This document shows, piece after piece, positions 46,013-55,352 of a DNA stretch of 64,000 bases (position 1 is the first letter of the stretch; the number at the start of each line of letters is the position of its first letter). This DNA comes from Methanobacteriota archaeon. Its GTDB lineage: Archaea > Halobacteriota > Bog-38 > Methanoflorentales > Methanoflorentaceae. The stretch covers positions 672,001 through 736,000 of the forward strand of contig OY970393.1 of assembly GCA_963720465.1 (NCBI GenBank), in the 5' to 3' direction. Both the position numbers and the translations under genes were made by a program. The notes beneath the pieces were generated by a model. It had not been told where the DNA came from, searched no databases, and saw only the letters and a list, made by a program, of their open reading frames with translations.

Positions 46013-46321
46013 CTAGGCCTGCATCGCCGCAGCTGCCTTCTTTCCAGCTTCCATCGACTGGTCGACGCTGAGTATGGGGAAAACTTCAAACTCTATGAGC
46101 GGCATCCGCGTGAGCAAGATTGCGAAAATCTCTGATTCGCTTAACTCGCTAATCGCGTAGCCTTCCCGTCCGTTGCTGAACTGCCCCCAGTCAGTATATT
46201 TGCCCGCGCTCAAGTCAGCCTTTATCATTTCGAGAAATCGCGACATGAGCTTCACAACCTCTTGCGGTGTATCGGGGGCTTTCGCGGTGTTTACCCACCA
46301 CTTAATAAAGAATTTGGTCAT
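46013..46321 (-). CDS. Small DUF3303-like (dimeric alpha-beta barrel) protein
   Basis: KFFIKW...DWGQF.NG..GYAI...FEVFPILS; SD GGAGGTGA, ATG 46321. Confidence 0.72.
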   Translation of the reverse strand: MTKFFIKWWVNTAKAPDTPQEVVKLMSRFLEMIKADLSAGKYTDWGQFSNGREGYAISELSESEIFAILLTRMPLIEFEVFPILSVDQSMEAGKKAAAAMQA

Positions 46322-46325
46322 ATCT

Positions 46326-46438
46326 TTCACCTCCTTTCGCGTTGGCGGCGGTGGTAGTGACCGCCGTTTTTTTCTAAAACATGTAAAAAGGCACTCTAAG
46401 GAAATAAATGTTGTTGTTACAGGCGCTTGTCACGGCGA
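46326..46438 (-). promoter_or_regulatory. Conserved upstream leader, copy 1 (TATA-like box, GC hairpin, SD)
   Basis: Aligns over ~110 nt with 47253-47360; hairpin CGGCGGT/ACCGCCG. Confidence 0.7.
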
Positions 46439-46470
46439 TATGCAAACGTGCCGTTTTAGCTTAGAGGCGT

Positions 46471-46502
46471 AAAAAAAGAAAAAGGAAGCGTGAACGCTTC
46501 CT
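46471..46502 (-). terminator. Hairpin + U-tract terminator
   Basis: Minus strand AGGAAGCG-TTCA-CGCTTCCT followed by TTTTCTTTTTTT, just after the 46517 ORF stop. Confidence 0.7.
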
Positions 46503-46516
46503 AGGTTTACCCAGAC

Positions 46517-46849
46517 CTACCGCTTCATCGCTGCCATCTGCTCTGCTTGGGCTTTGAGAACCTGCCGTGCGATTGCCTTTCCTGTCTCGTAGTCTATGAT
46601 TTCGTGCACTTCAAGCAGAATCCACGGGAAGTCCGCGAACGCCGTTATGAACACGTCTTTGACTTCGCCACTGAAAATTGCGTATCCTGAGGTTCCGTTT
46701 GGAAAAAGGCCAAACTCAAGTACGAGGCCACTCTTTATTTTTTTGTCCACCTCTGCGAACACCATCTCAAACCACTGCGTAGCGGCAGCAGGGTCCGTCG
46801 GCCACGGCCCGCTCGGGTTGAATCGCCAAAGGCCCATATACTTCGCCAT
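46517..46849 (-). CDS. Small DUF3303-like protein (paralog of 46013)
   Basis: KYMGLW...EFGLFPNGTSGYAIF...PWILLEVHEII. Confidence 0.72.
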   Translation of the reverse strand: MAKYMGLWRFNPSGPWPTDPAAATQWFEMVFAEVDKKIKSGLVLEFGLFPNGTSGYAIFSGEVKDVFITAFADFPWILLEVHEIIDYETGKAIARQVLKAQAEQMAAMKR

Positions 46850-46933
46850 ATTTTTTACCTCGTTTTATGTTGGCGACTGACAGTCAGCGCCGCCTTTTGA
46901 CGGTTCATTCCGTCATGAGAAAGATACAAGCCA

Positions 46934-47248
46934 TTAGGCCTGCACCAGCACCTGTGCCAATTCTTCCCTTGTTATGCACGGCCACAAGTCCCAATCGTAC
47001 ATATCGAGCACTTTCTTCATCGGCGGTTCCATACAGTATGCCATTAACGCCTCAAAATTTGGAGCATCGTACACGATAACTTGAAAGTGCTTGGGATGCA
47101 CAGTCCACGAACCCACTATTTTGATTCCGTGCTTCTTTGCGAGGTCTTCCATCTGGGGCATGCCTTCGAGCACCGCTTTCCTGTAGTACTCGTTGTGCGC
47201 GGCACATTCTGCTGCACCGTGTCTAATAATCGACAAAAATAACGCCAT
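46934..47248 (-). CDS. Small DUF3303/GYD-like protein
   Basis: FL.I.RH...C..H...KKHGIKIVGSW...H....VYDAPNFE; ATG 47248 after SD. Confidence 0.72.
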   Translation of the reverse strand: MALFLSIIRHGAAECAAHNEYYRKAVLEGMPQMEDLAKKHGIKIVGSWTVHPKHFQVIVYDAPNFEALMAYCMEPPMKKVLDMYDWDLWPCITREELAQVLVQA

Positions 47249-47252
47249 TTCG

Positions 47253-47360
47253 TTCACCTCCTTTCGCGTTGGCGGCGGTAGTTTCCGCCGTTTTTCTAAA
47301 GCGCATAAAAGGGTACTCTAGGGGTATAAGTGTTGGTGTAACAAGCTCTCGTCACGCCGA
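47253..47360 (-). promoter_or_regulatory. Conserved upstream leader, copy 2
   Basis: Homologous to 46326-46438; hairpin CGGCGG/CCGCCG with a different loop. Confidence 0.7.
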
Positions 47361-47599
47361 CCGCCCTCAACGCCGCCGCCTCCACGGCAAGCGTTAATGC
47401 CACTAAGAACTTCACCGTCAAAGCCTATGAGCAGTCTTGAGGTAACTCTCCTTGAGTGCGGCCATTGACCTGTTGAAGTTTGCTTAACGCTCTTAGCGGT
47501 GAATAACGGGCATTTAGAGGCTAATATGGCAATCGGAAAAATGCGATTATGCTATAAAGTCATGTGTTCATGTAAGAAATACCGACCAGGAGGGAGAAC

Positions 47600-47851
47600 A
47601 TGATTCAAAATGGACTAATCTTAACTGGGACCGATGCGGAGATACTGAGCCAGGCACTTTTAGAAATGAAAACAAAAGCCTATGCCGAGTCCGAGACTAG
47701 TCTAGACGATACCCAAGCGCTTACAGCGCTCGTCTCGTGTGCGGAGAAAGGAGGGCAAGAGAAGGAAGAGCATCACCCGTATCGTAACCTCCTAAGCAAG
47801 CGCCTCGTCTTAGGCACTCTTGTCGGCAGGGCTAGCGCGGAAGAAAAATGA
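47600..47851 (+). CDS. Hypothetical protein
   Basis: SD AGGAGG before ATG. Confidence 0.45.
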   Translation: MIQNGLILTGTDAEILSQALLEMKTKAYAESETSLDDTQALTALVSCAEKGGQEKEEHHPYRNLLSKRLVLGTLVGRASAEEK

Positions 47852-48531
47852 TGCGTTGAACCGGCTAGCAGCTTCGATACTATATAGTATAGCCTAGCAT
47901 TTCAGCGAGTGACCGGAAGGCCCCCGTAGCTCTTATTTCATGCTTCAAATTGACAAACCACACGCACCAATAAGCCCGTTCAAGTGTGAACCCGTTTACC
48001 TAATCGTTTACCCCGGTTTCACGGCCCTAAGGACTGCTCACCAAGCAACCCCTCGACCTTCTCTCGCAGCACGTTAGACGTGACAAGTCGAATCCGCCCT
48101 TGACGCCCTTTATAGAGTTTCTTTGAGTTGACGAGTCCCAGCATTGGGGGTTAGCCGTCTGTGCTCAGAAACCTAAAGCTGCATCGGTAATCAGAAGAGA
48201 AAAAGGAATAGTCGAGTTTATACATTCAGAAATAAGCACCAAATTTTTAACATCAAATTATTGCTTCGCTACGATACGATTCCCGTTTTTCGGAAGGGTC
48301 TAAGCCGCAGCACCGTCCGTTATTTTTTCGCCTTTTTTGTGGGTGGAAAATTAACCTAGTTGTGGAAAATGCCGCGATGAATCTTCACAGTGACATAAAA
48401 TAAGCCCGCGGCGCGGACCTTTGAAGGGGGCGCGCACGGGAATAAGATGCGCTTAACTCAAGTAGGATAAGAAAAGTCTCGATATCGAAGGTAGCAAGCC
48501 CGGACGGGCCGCATCACCAGGGCACCGGGGC

Positions 48532-48654
48532 TTACTTCTTGCGTGGCTTCCTCTTTTTGGCGCGCTGCTTCTTCAATAAGAACTCATCGACTGACATAGT
48601 GCCAGTTAGCGGCTTAACGGTTGTCGGTTTCAGCGTATCTTTAGCTTTAGCCAT
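48532..48654 (-). CDS. Putative 40-aa basic peptide (MAKAKDTLKP...KKRKPRKK)
   Basis: Hand translation; GC hairpin immediately downstream. Confidence 0.4.
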   Translation of the reverse strand: MAKAKDTLKPTTVKPLTGTMSVDEFLLKKQRAKKRKPRKK

Positions 48655-48834
48655 TGAAAAAGGGGTTTCTATGCTACCCTTCTTTTTTCCGGAAATGCTG
48701 CCTCGGCACAATTCAGCGCCTCATTGACTGCTTCATCCTGGGTTACTAGTTGCTCACGCTGACCAATCAGGTTTGCGACATACTTCTTGAAACGGTCGCG
48801 CGTTCGTTTGCGTCTGCTCGTTTCTTAAGCCAAT

Positions 48835-49077
48835 TCAGCTTACGACGTTTTGCATAGCTAGTTTAACGAGCGCGACCAGCAGTGCTATAGGCGTGCCTAT
48901 TGGAATCTGTGTAGGGTTAAGCTTGCTTTGCCAGAACTTGTAAATGGCTGCGATTATGAAGCCCACACCGCCTTGATTGGCTGAGTTACTCGCTTGACGG
49001 GCCGATACGACGGACGTTAGGGACATCGTGCTCACGAGGACTGCACACAAAACCAGCGCAACTAGTGTCTTTCGCAT
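48835..49077 (-). CDS. Small secreted/membrane protein
   Basis: Signal peptide MRKTLVALVLCAVLV; SD GAGGAGG. Confidence 0.6.
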   Translation of the reverse strand: MRKTLVALVLCAVLVSTMSLTSVVSARQASNSANQGGVGFIIAAIYKFWQSKLNPTQIPIGTPIALLVALVKLAMQNVVS

Positions 49078-49199
49078 TGCGTTTCAACCTCCTCATTAGT
49101 TCGGTGATGCAAGACGTGGACGATGGCTTAATGGTTCCCATTTGGCTGCGCGGTGATGTGCTGCGATGCACGGCCTATGTATAAACGACTGACCCGCGG

Positions 49200-49352
49200 C
49201 TATTCTTTATACGCCATTTCGAGAAGCGCCCTCACTACGTCCTCTTGGGTCTGGACTTTCCCCCTCTTGGCGCTCAATGTGGCGCGGTACTCTTCGAAAT
49301 CAGCATGCGTCTTCTTGCTTACGCTTATGGTAGCTCGGTCGCCGCGTTTCAT
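49200..49352 (-). CDS. Ribbon-helix-helix (CopG-like) protein, 50 aa
   Basis: Hand translation MKRGDRATISVSKKTHADFEEYRATLSAKRGKVQTQEDVVRALLEMAYKE; beta-helix-helix pattern. Confidence 0.7.
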   Translation of the reverse strand: MKRGDRATISVSKKTHADFEEYRATLSAKRGKVQTQEDVVRALLEMAYKE

Positions 49353-49675
49353 CTAAGGTTCATACAATTCATAATTGACAAATAGTTTGCTGGTTTCTAG
49401 CATAGCGGAGATGAATCAAAATGGTAACCAGCACATCATCTGATTTCAGCCAACTACCCGTCTTGCAGGAAATCTACCAAGGTACAATCAGGGCGCACCA
49501 CGCAAAGGCGGGATACGACTACCCGACAATCCGCCTTCCGTTCACGTTCTCAGGGCTTATAGGGCTGCCGACGTGCATCTACCAAAGCGTTCACGAAGGG
49601 GCGCTTGCGTTCCTTGTCGTTATCTCATCGGGTTCTCGACGCGGACGCGACAACTCAGTTTCAAACGCTGACCAA

Positions 49676-49721
49676 CGCCTTCACACGGCGGAGGTCGGGA
49701 GTTCAAATCTCCCCGGGCCCA
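49676..49721 (+). repeat. Intact 3' half of tRNA-Val(CAC) (att core)
   Basis: CGCC-TTCACAC-GGCG-GAGGTC-GGGAG-TTCAAAT-CTCCC-CGGGCCC-A; upstream is coding sequence, not a D-arm. Confidence 0.88.
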
Positions 49722-49769
49722 TCTTATTTTACCAATCGGACGCGGTAATGATGGCGGACGACGAAGAAG

Positions 49770-49803
49770 AAAAGTTGCCAACTTCCAAAAAGTTGCCAAC
49801 TTC
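49770..49803 (+). repeat. 18-nt-period tandem duplication AAAAGTTGCCAACTTC x2
   Basis: Direct read; in frame (KLPTS x2). Confidence 0.85.
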
Positions 49804-50948
49804 TGAAGGCGGCGAAGAAACAAGGCAGAAGGAAAACCCGAAACAGTCATCGTCGATTATGGCGGCGGGATTATCGTTCATCACAGACTGCCCGACGGGA
49901 GTCTCGATGTAGGCCATGAATTTGACGATGCCGAGCTGGTTCCAGACGGAGCCATTCCCGATGAAGACGAGCGGTGCATAAAGACGGTCGACATTGACAC
50001 GTTAATAGCCATTCAAGATATTTTAGAGGCAGATAAAAAACCAATTTTCGGCGATGAGGGCGATGCAAAACCGCGTGCGAGCGGCACTTCAGGCGAGTTC
50101 ATACTTCACTTCTTTCAATCTGAACTGACCAATTTCGTGGCGGGTCGAAAAGTTGGCCTCGCTAAAAAGTCTACGGACTGGATTGACCGGGCATCAAACT
50201 TGCTGTGGGAATCGACAAAAGGCGAGGTATCGAGCCGCACGCTAACAGCACTGCGTGAACAAGTTCTTGCTAAATACAAATCTGCAGATTCACATTCTAA
50301 AGTCCTCAACTTCGCTGTTAGCTTTCTAAAGTTTTTGGCGAAAACAAAAATGGAGCCGCGATACGCATCCTTCGACGCATACTTGGAAATGCCCAAAGCG
50401 GTGAAAGAGCGGAAAAGCATAACGAGCCGAATCGTCACGAAAGACGACATCGAAAACATTCAGATATATCAAACAGGCTGAAAATAAGGGAAAAATTGAC
50501 TCTAAACGGTCAGCTCAGTATTCAGCTTTTATCACTTTGGCGCATTCACCGGTCAGCAGTTTAGCGGAGTGAAAAACAGATCGGCGCGCGGGCGCCGTCG
50601 ACCCCTTCCACTTTAAGCAGCACTCTTTCCGTCAACAAATCGTAGTTTCATTTTTCTTGCGATAGTAATCTGCCCGCTTCTGTTCATTGCCACAAACAAG
50701 CATTTCAGGAAGAAGTTTACGACACAAATACTGCCCTTCTGCTCGCACGGCACGAGCCTCTTTCCGGCATCGAAGCCCGTGAAGGCCAACGTGTCTTCGA
50801 TATCTTCGCACGCCTTCTGGCTCTTATTTCAAGTATGGAATCGTGCGCCACTCTTTGTTGACGATGAGGAGCCAGCATCATCCTAATCAGTCAAGAGGAG
50901 GCGACCGACACTCATATATATTTAAACGTTCCTCTAGCGTGACTACGT

Positions 50949-51512
50949 ATGAGCATACTCGACTGGATCATTATCGCGATCATTATCGTTATTATCATCA
51001 TTGTCCTCCTCTGGGCAGTGCGGAGCTACAATCGGTTTGTAAGGCTCAAAAAAGCGTCTGAAACAACCCTCGCCCAGACCCAGGTCGCCATGAAAAAGCG
51101 GCTCGACCTGATAGGCGAGCTAGTCGACGTGGTCAAGAGCTACGCGCAGTTCGAAAAGGACACCCTCACCAAGGTCACGGAAATGCGCGCGAGCGTCGGG
51201 AACGCAGCGCCAAGCGACCTCAACAAGGTCGAAGCCGAGACCCGACCGATGTTAGGCAATTTGTTTGCTGTTGCCGAGAACTACCCTGACCTCAAAACCT
51301 CGACGGAGGTTACGAACCTTATGGGAGCGGTGCGCACGAACGAGGACGACATCGCCCGCCAGCGCTACACGTTCAACAACATCGCTCAAGAGTTCAACAC
51401 CAGGCGCGAAACTATCCCGTCGAGCCTCATCGGCCGGTTGATGCATCTCGCGCCGATCGATTATCTCAAATTCGAAGAAGCGATCGAAACCCCGCCGACC
51501 ACAACATTCTAG
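50949..51512 (+). CDS. lemA: LemA family protein
   Basis: N-terminal TM, YNRFV, KKRLDLI..LV..VKSYA.FEK.TL, AVAENYPDLK. Confidence 0.93.
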   Translation: MSILDWIIIAIIIVIIIIVLLWAVRSYNRFVRLKKASETTLAQTQVAMKKRLDLIGELVDVVKSYAQFEKDTLTKVTEMRASVGNAAPSDLNKVEAETRPMLGNLFAVAENYPDLKTSTEVTNLMGAVRTNEDDIARQRYTFNNIAQEFNTRRETIPSSLIGRLMHLAPIDYLKFEEAIETPPTTTF

Positions 51513-51521
51513 GAGGGTTCC

Positions 51522-53342
51522 ATGAGCGAAACGCGGCAACTCGCCACTATCGTCGGGATAGGCCTTGTCCTTGCCATTATAGCGCTCATTATCGTTAGTG
51601 TAGCGGGCCCCGCCACCGCCGGGAGCCTGTCCGTGAGCAACTATGACGCGACACTGACGGCGAACGGAACGCTCACCGAGAAGATCACGTACAACGTCGC
51701 GGCCAGCGACACTTACCGCTCACTCAACCGCTGGTGGGAGGCGCCGGTTACGAACAACAGCTCGCAGCCGTACATCCGGCTGACGTCCATCGCGCCGGCG
51801 GCCGGCACGGAAGCGTACCTCGTGAACGCCAGCGGCCACGTTACTGTATGGGCGAACGATTACAATGCGTTATCTGCGATTGAGAGCAATGCCAATAACA
51901 ATGAGGCGGGAATGTACAACGGGAACTACTACGACGCCGGCCTGTACACGGGCACCTACACGTGGGTCGTCCACCCGCCGCTCGAGTACGACGCTGCGGC
52001 AAACCTGACGCACCTCGACCTGCTCCTTGCTGGCGACTCACACGTCACGTACGATAACGTCAGAATCACGATTCCCGCAAACAACATCACGTGGGTGTAC
52101 GCATACCCGCCTACGCTTTACACCGAAAAGGTCAACGACACATACGTCATTACCGGCAGTTTAGCAGCAAACGAAAACCTCGCAGTCGAGGAGCTCGGAA
52201 CACCCGCCGCGTTCAGCCAGCTTAACGGCTTTCAGACGAATGTGTCCAACGTGCAGGGACTGACAGCGGCCGCGGCGTCCCAATATGACTCCGTCTATTC
52301 CTTGGCAAACATCCTCAACGAACTGGGCAGAATTGCGGTCATCGCAGTCCCGCTCCTATTAGTCGCGCTCTACGTGGGCTTCAGTCGGGAAAAGTCGTTT
52401 ACCGTGCCCGACTACCTGAGCACGATGCCGGAAATGACGCTCAAGCCGTGGCAGGTAAACCTCCTATTCAAGGCTGATCCGCTCGATTTCGACAAGGACG
52501 GGTACTACGCCACGCTCCTCGAGCTGCACCGGCGCAAGGTCATTGAAATCTCGGGAGAAGGCGCAAACATAAAAATCCGGATCCTCTCCCGTGACGTCTC
52601 AGATCCATACGAGCAGCGTGTACTCGCGTTTATTGATGCGATCTCTGCAGATGGCTTCCTTGACTCCGAATATATCACAAGCGTTCAGCAGCAGGCGTTG
52701 ACCGACGAGAGCGCTAAAAATACCGCCGCCTCGTGGAGGAAATCGATCAACGAGGTGACAAATACAGTCGATCCGTCAATCGCGCGTGACTACGTCACCT
52801 CAGGCAAACGCAGGTTTCGGCTTCCGTTGCTGATCAGTGGCGCGCTCGGCGTCTTTTCGATCCTTTTTTACGTTTCTTACCCGGACGTGCAGTACATCTT
52901 AGGCGCAGCCGCGATCTTCTGGATCGTCGTCTTCGTACAGTTCCTCGTCGCGCGCTTTGCCCCGTCAACGCTCTTCGGGCGCTGGAAAGGCGATCATTAC
53001 AAGGAGAAGCTCGAGTGGGATTCGTTCAACCACTTCCTCAAGGACATGGCGAAAATTGGCAAGTCCCCGCCCAAGGACGTGTCGATATGGGGCGACTGGC
53101 TCATCTACGGAACCGCGCTGGGCGATGGCCAAGCGGTGGAAGAGGCGATGCAGAAGTTTAACGTCAAGCTGGTAGATGCTGGAATGCCGGACAGGATGTG
53201 GAGTATGAACACGGCAATGGACACGACATTCTATACTATGATGACCTTTGGCGGCGACTCCGGCGGCGACTCCGGCGGCGGCTCCAGCGACGACTTCGGC
53301 GGCGACAGCGGCTTCGGCGGCGGCGGAGCGGGGGGATGGTAA
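51522..53342 (+). CDS. DUF2207 membrane protein
   Basis: Follows lemA; ectodomain, TMs, W..F..FL, W..WLIYGTALG, Gly-rich GGGGAGGW tail. Confidence 0.88.
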   Translation: MSETRQLATIVGIGLVLAIIALIIVSVAGPATAGSLSVSNYDATLTANGTLTEKITYNVAASDTYRSLNRWWEAPVTNNSSQPYIRLTSIAPAAGTEAYLVNASGHVTVWANDYNALSAIESNANNNEAGMYNGNYYDAGLYTGTYTWVVHPPLEYDAAANLTHLDLLLAGDSHVTYDNVRITIPANNITWVYAYPPTLYTEKVNDTYVITGSLAANENLAVEELGTPAAFSQLNGFQTNVSNVQGLTAAAASQYDSVYSLANILNELGRIAVIAVPLLLVALYVGFSREKSFTVPDYLSTMPEMTLKPWQVNLLFKADPLDFDKDGYYATLLELHRRKVIEISGEGANIKIRILSRDVSDPYEQRVLAFIDAISADGFLDSEYITSVQQQALTDESAKNTAASWRKSINEVTNTVDPSIARDYVTSGKRRFRLPLLISGALGVFSILFYVSYPDVQYILGAAAIFWIVVFVQFLVARFAPSTLFGRWKGDHYKEKLEWDSFNHFLKDMAKIGKSPPKDVSIWGDWLIYGTALGDGQAVEEAMQKFNVKLVDAGMPDRMWSMNTAMDTTFYTMMTFGGDSGGDSGGGSSDDFGGDSGFGGGGAGGW

Positions 53343-53495
53343 GCCCATTGAGCGGCGTGTTATGGGAGTCATCGCCCGTTTCAGACGGAGGTCACATCAA
53401 GCGCCCTGTTAGAGCAGTGGCTGCTCATTTAGATAAAACGGCGATTATTGTAGTAGGTCTGTACTCGCTATATACGAATTATTCCCTTTGTTAGG

Positions 53496-53756
53496 TCAGA
53501 ACGTTGGTTGCGATCTGTATTTCACCGATAACGCTGTTATTAGTGCCCACGCCCCCGCATCGATAACGCCGCCAAGTACCGCTAACGGTAGACTGAGTGT
53601 CGCGTACACGCAAGTTAACACGACGAGAAAAGAGCACGTTGTCGCGCTGGAGAGCAGGTTCATACCTGTCTTTTCCCTATGCATGTCGCGTATTTGAGGG
53701 ATAAGAAGGAACCCGAAGACAAGGCTACAGAGGAGGATTACCGTGTCCTGCCACAT
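53496..53756 (-). CDS. Small 3-TM protein (PQ-loop/SemiSWEET-like)
   Basis: LIPQI motif after first TM; SD AGGAG. Confidence 0.6.
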   Translation of the reverse strand: MWQDTVILLCSLVFGFLLIPQIRDMHREKTGMNLLSSATTCSFLVVLTCVYATLSLPLAVLGGVIDAGAWALITALSVKYRSQPTF

Positions 53757-54074
53757 CGTTGTTATTTATCTCCTATTGCCATAAGCGCGGGTTTATTAAC
53801 ACGTTAAGGATTAAGGCCGCTATGCGTGAATCCTCTTTTTTCTCCTCTTTGCTTTCGTATTGCTTCGGTTGGGTTTAGCTTCTGAATCGGGTTTTTCGTC
53901 ATCCTTGTTACTTTTTCAAGATAAGCGGTTGGTTGTGGTCTTAACGAGTGCTAATCGAGACAGGACCAAGCAGCCGCACACTTATAGACTTGATATGTGG
54001 CGATGTTCGACAGAGATCCGGAGAAGTTCGCTTAAGCCCTGGATCGCGCCAGACTACCGAACTGCCAGCCGCGC

Positions 54075-54395
54075 TTAGAAAGTAACGATTTTGTCGCACT
54101 CCTTCACTATTTCGTACAAATCTGCAAGCGTTGACATTGGACACGTTTCCGAACTCGTGGATTGGCGGATTTTGAGGCAGGTGCCACAGGCAAATATAGC
54201 GCCGCCACCCTCAACGAAAGAGCGAATCTGCTCCGTGACCTTGAACGTGTCAGTATCAAGGGTTTCACTCTCTACACCTTTACCACTGAGGAATGCCTTC
54301 ACCTCGTCACCCGCTTTCAAGGCGTAGTTTCCGAACCGGAAGGCGTTCCATACGGTCTCTGGATCATTTGAATAGACGATCAATCCTAGTTTCAC
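54075..54395 (-). CDS. DsrE family protein
   Basis: NDPETVWNAFRFGN...FLSGKGVE...ACGTCL...CPMST; start GTG 54395 overlapping upstream stop. Confidence 0.88.
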   Translation of the reverse strand: MKLGLIVYSNDPETVWNAFRFGNYALKAGDEVKAFLSGKGVESETLDTDTFKVTEQIRSFVEGGGAIFACGTCLKIRQSTSSETCPMSTLADLYEIVKECDKIVTF

Positions 54396-55039
54396 GTTTT
54401 TTCCTCCCTGTATCCAGTAATGAGCGCAAACCCCCCCTGCCCGTGCCCCTCTTTGACCGGATCGACGGCGGTCATCTCTTCGGTAAACGCGAAGAGCGTT
54501 TGACACGTTCGTATAGCGCTGAATCCCACCGTTTGCAGCCACGCGATCACCTGCGTTACTGAATGAAAGTGGGCGTATCGATAGAACACGCCCTTCTGCT
54601 TTCGCCGTTCATAGGACTCCCCGAGAGGGGTCTCGCGGTCAATCATCCCGATTACGATGCGCCCTCCGGGTACAAGAACTCTGTTCGCTTCTCGAAGGGC
54701 CTGCTCTGGGTCGTCGGTAAAACAAAGCGTGGTAACCATCACGACAAAATCAAACGACTCATCGTCGAACGGGAGCTCTTCTGCGCTCGCCTCGTAGACG
54801 TCTATGCCTCGTTGCCGAGCTATCGATGCCATAGCGTGCGCCGGTTCCACCCCGACTTTGATGCCAACTCGAGAAGCAACGCGTCCTGTCCCGACGCCTA
54901 CATCCAACCCTTTGCCACCCCGCGGGAGAAGGCTTCGCATTGCTACCACTTCTGACTCGTAGGCATAGGCGTGAGTCTCAAACCACCGATCGTATTCACG
55001 AGCGTGCTTCTCAAAGACGCGGATGTTATAATCTGACAT
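54392..55039 (-). CDS. Class I SAM-dependent methyltransferase
   Basis: LDVGVGTG, AEELPF...SFD, RVLVPGG. Confidence 0.92.
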   Translation of the reverse strand: MSDYNIRVFEKHAREYDRWFETHAYAYESEVVAMRSLLPRGGKGLDVGVGTGRVASRVGIKVGVEPAHAMASIARQRGIDVYEASAEELPFDDESFDFVVMVTTLCFTDDPEQALREANRVLVPGGRIVIGMIDRETPLGESYERRKQKGVFYRYAHFHSVTQVIAWLQTVGFSAIRTCQTLFAFTEEMTAVDPVKEGHGQGGFALITGYREEKT

Positions 55040-55110
55040 AAGCTATATGTCTGTGTACTAATGCGAAGATTAAATTATAACGCACCAGGCGCTCCCTCTA
55101 GCGTGTAACC

Positions 55111-55347
55111 ATGGAAATCGACATCAACATCGTAGCTCACGATCTCCTGTGGAGGCGTATGTCTATTGGAAGAAAGCAGGAATACGTCAAGAGTTGGGGC
55201 GCTTTAAAGGACGAGATAATTGAGAAGGAGATGGCACGACTTATTGACGACGGGTATGCCGTTCAGCACGACAACGTTCTCGAATTAACGTCAGAGGGCA
55301 ACGGCCTCTACAAAAGAATGACGAGCCGGTGCCCCAAGACGGAGTAG
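55111..55347 (+). CDS. Hypothetical protein (wHTH-like end LELTSEG)
   Basis: 78-aa ORF. Confidence 0.5.
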   Translation: MEIDINIVAHDLLWRRMSIGRKQEYVKSWGALKDEIIEKEMARLIDDGYAVQHDNVLELTSEGNGLYKRMTSRCPKTE

Positions 55348-55352
55348 CGCAA

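Larger units (their letters stand above)
49421..50556 (+). pseudogene. att-spanning tyrosine recombinase (AbrB-like N-domain + tRNA half + integrase core), frameshifted and 3'-truncated
   Basis: ORF 49421 reads through the tRNA half; another frame is open 49807-50481; further shifts give RYIKQAE...QYSAFI/FGAFTGQ (box I-like). Confidence 0.7.

Noticed and set aside
49676-49721. Trans-spliced split-tRNA half (Nanoarchaeum-style) or functional tRNA-Val gene
   Set aside because: No 5' half, no evident promoter or complementary leader; embedded in an ORF, and sister copies are degenerate, so an att core is more parsimonious.
53248-53340. GGCGGCGAC repeats as a repeat array
   Set aside because: They encode the ordinary Gly-rich tail of DUF2207 proteins.
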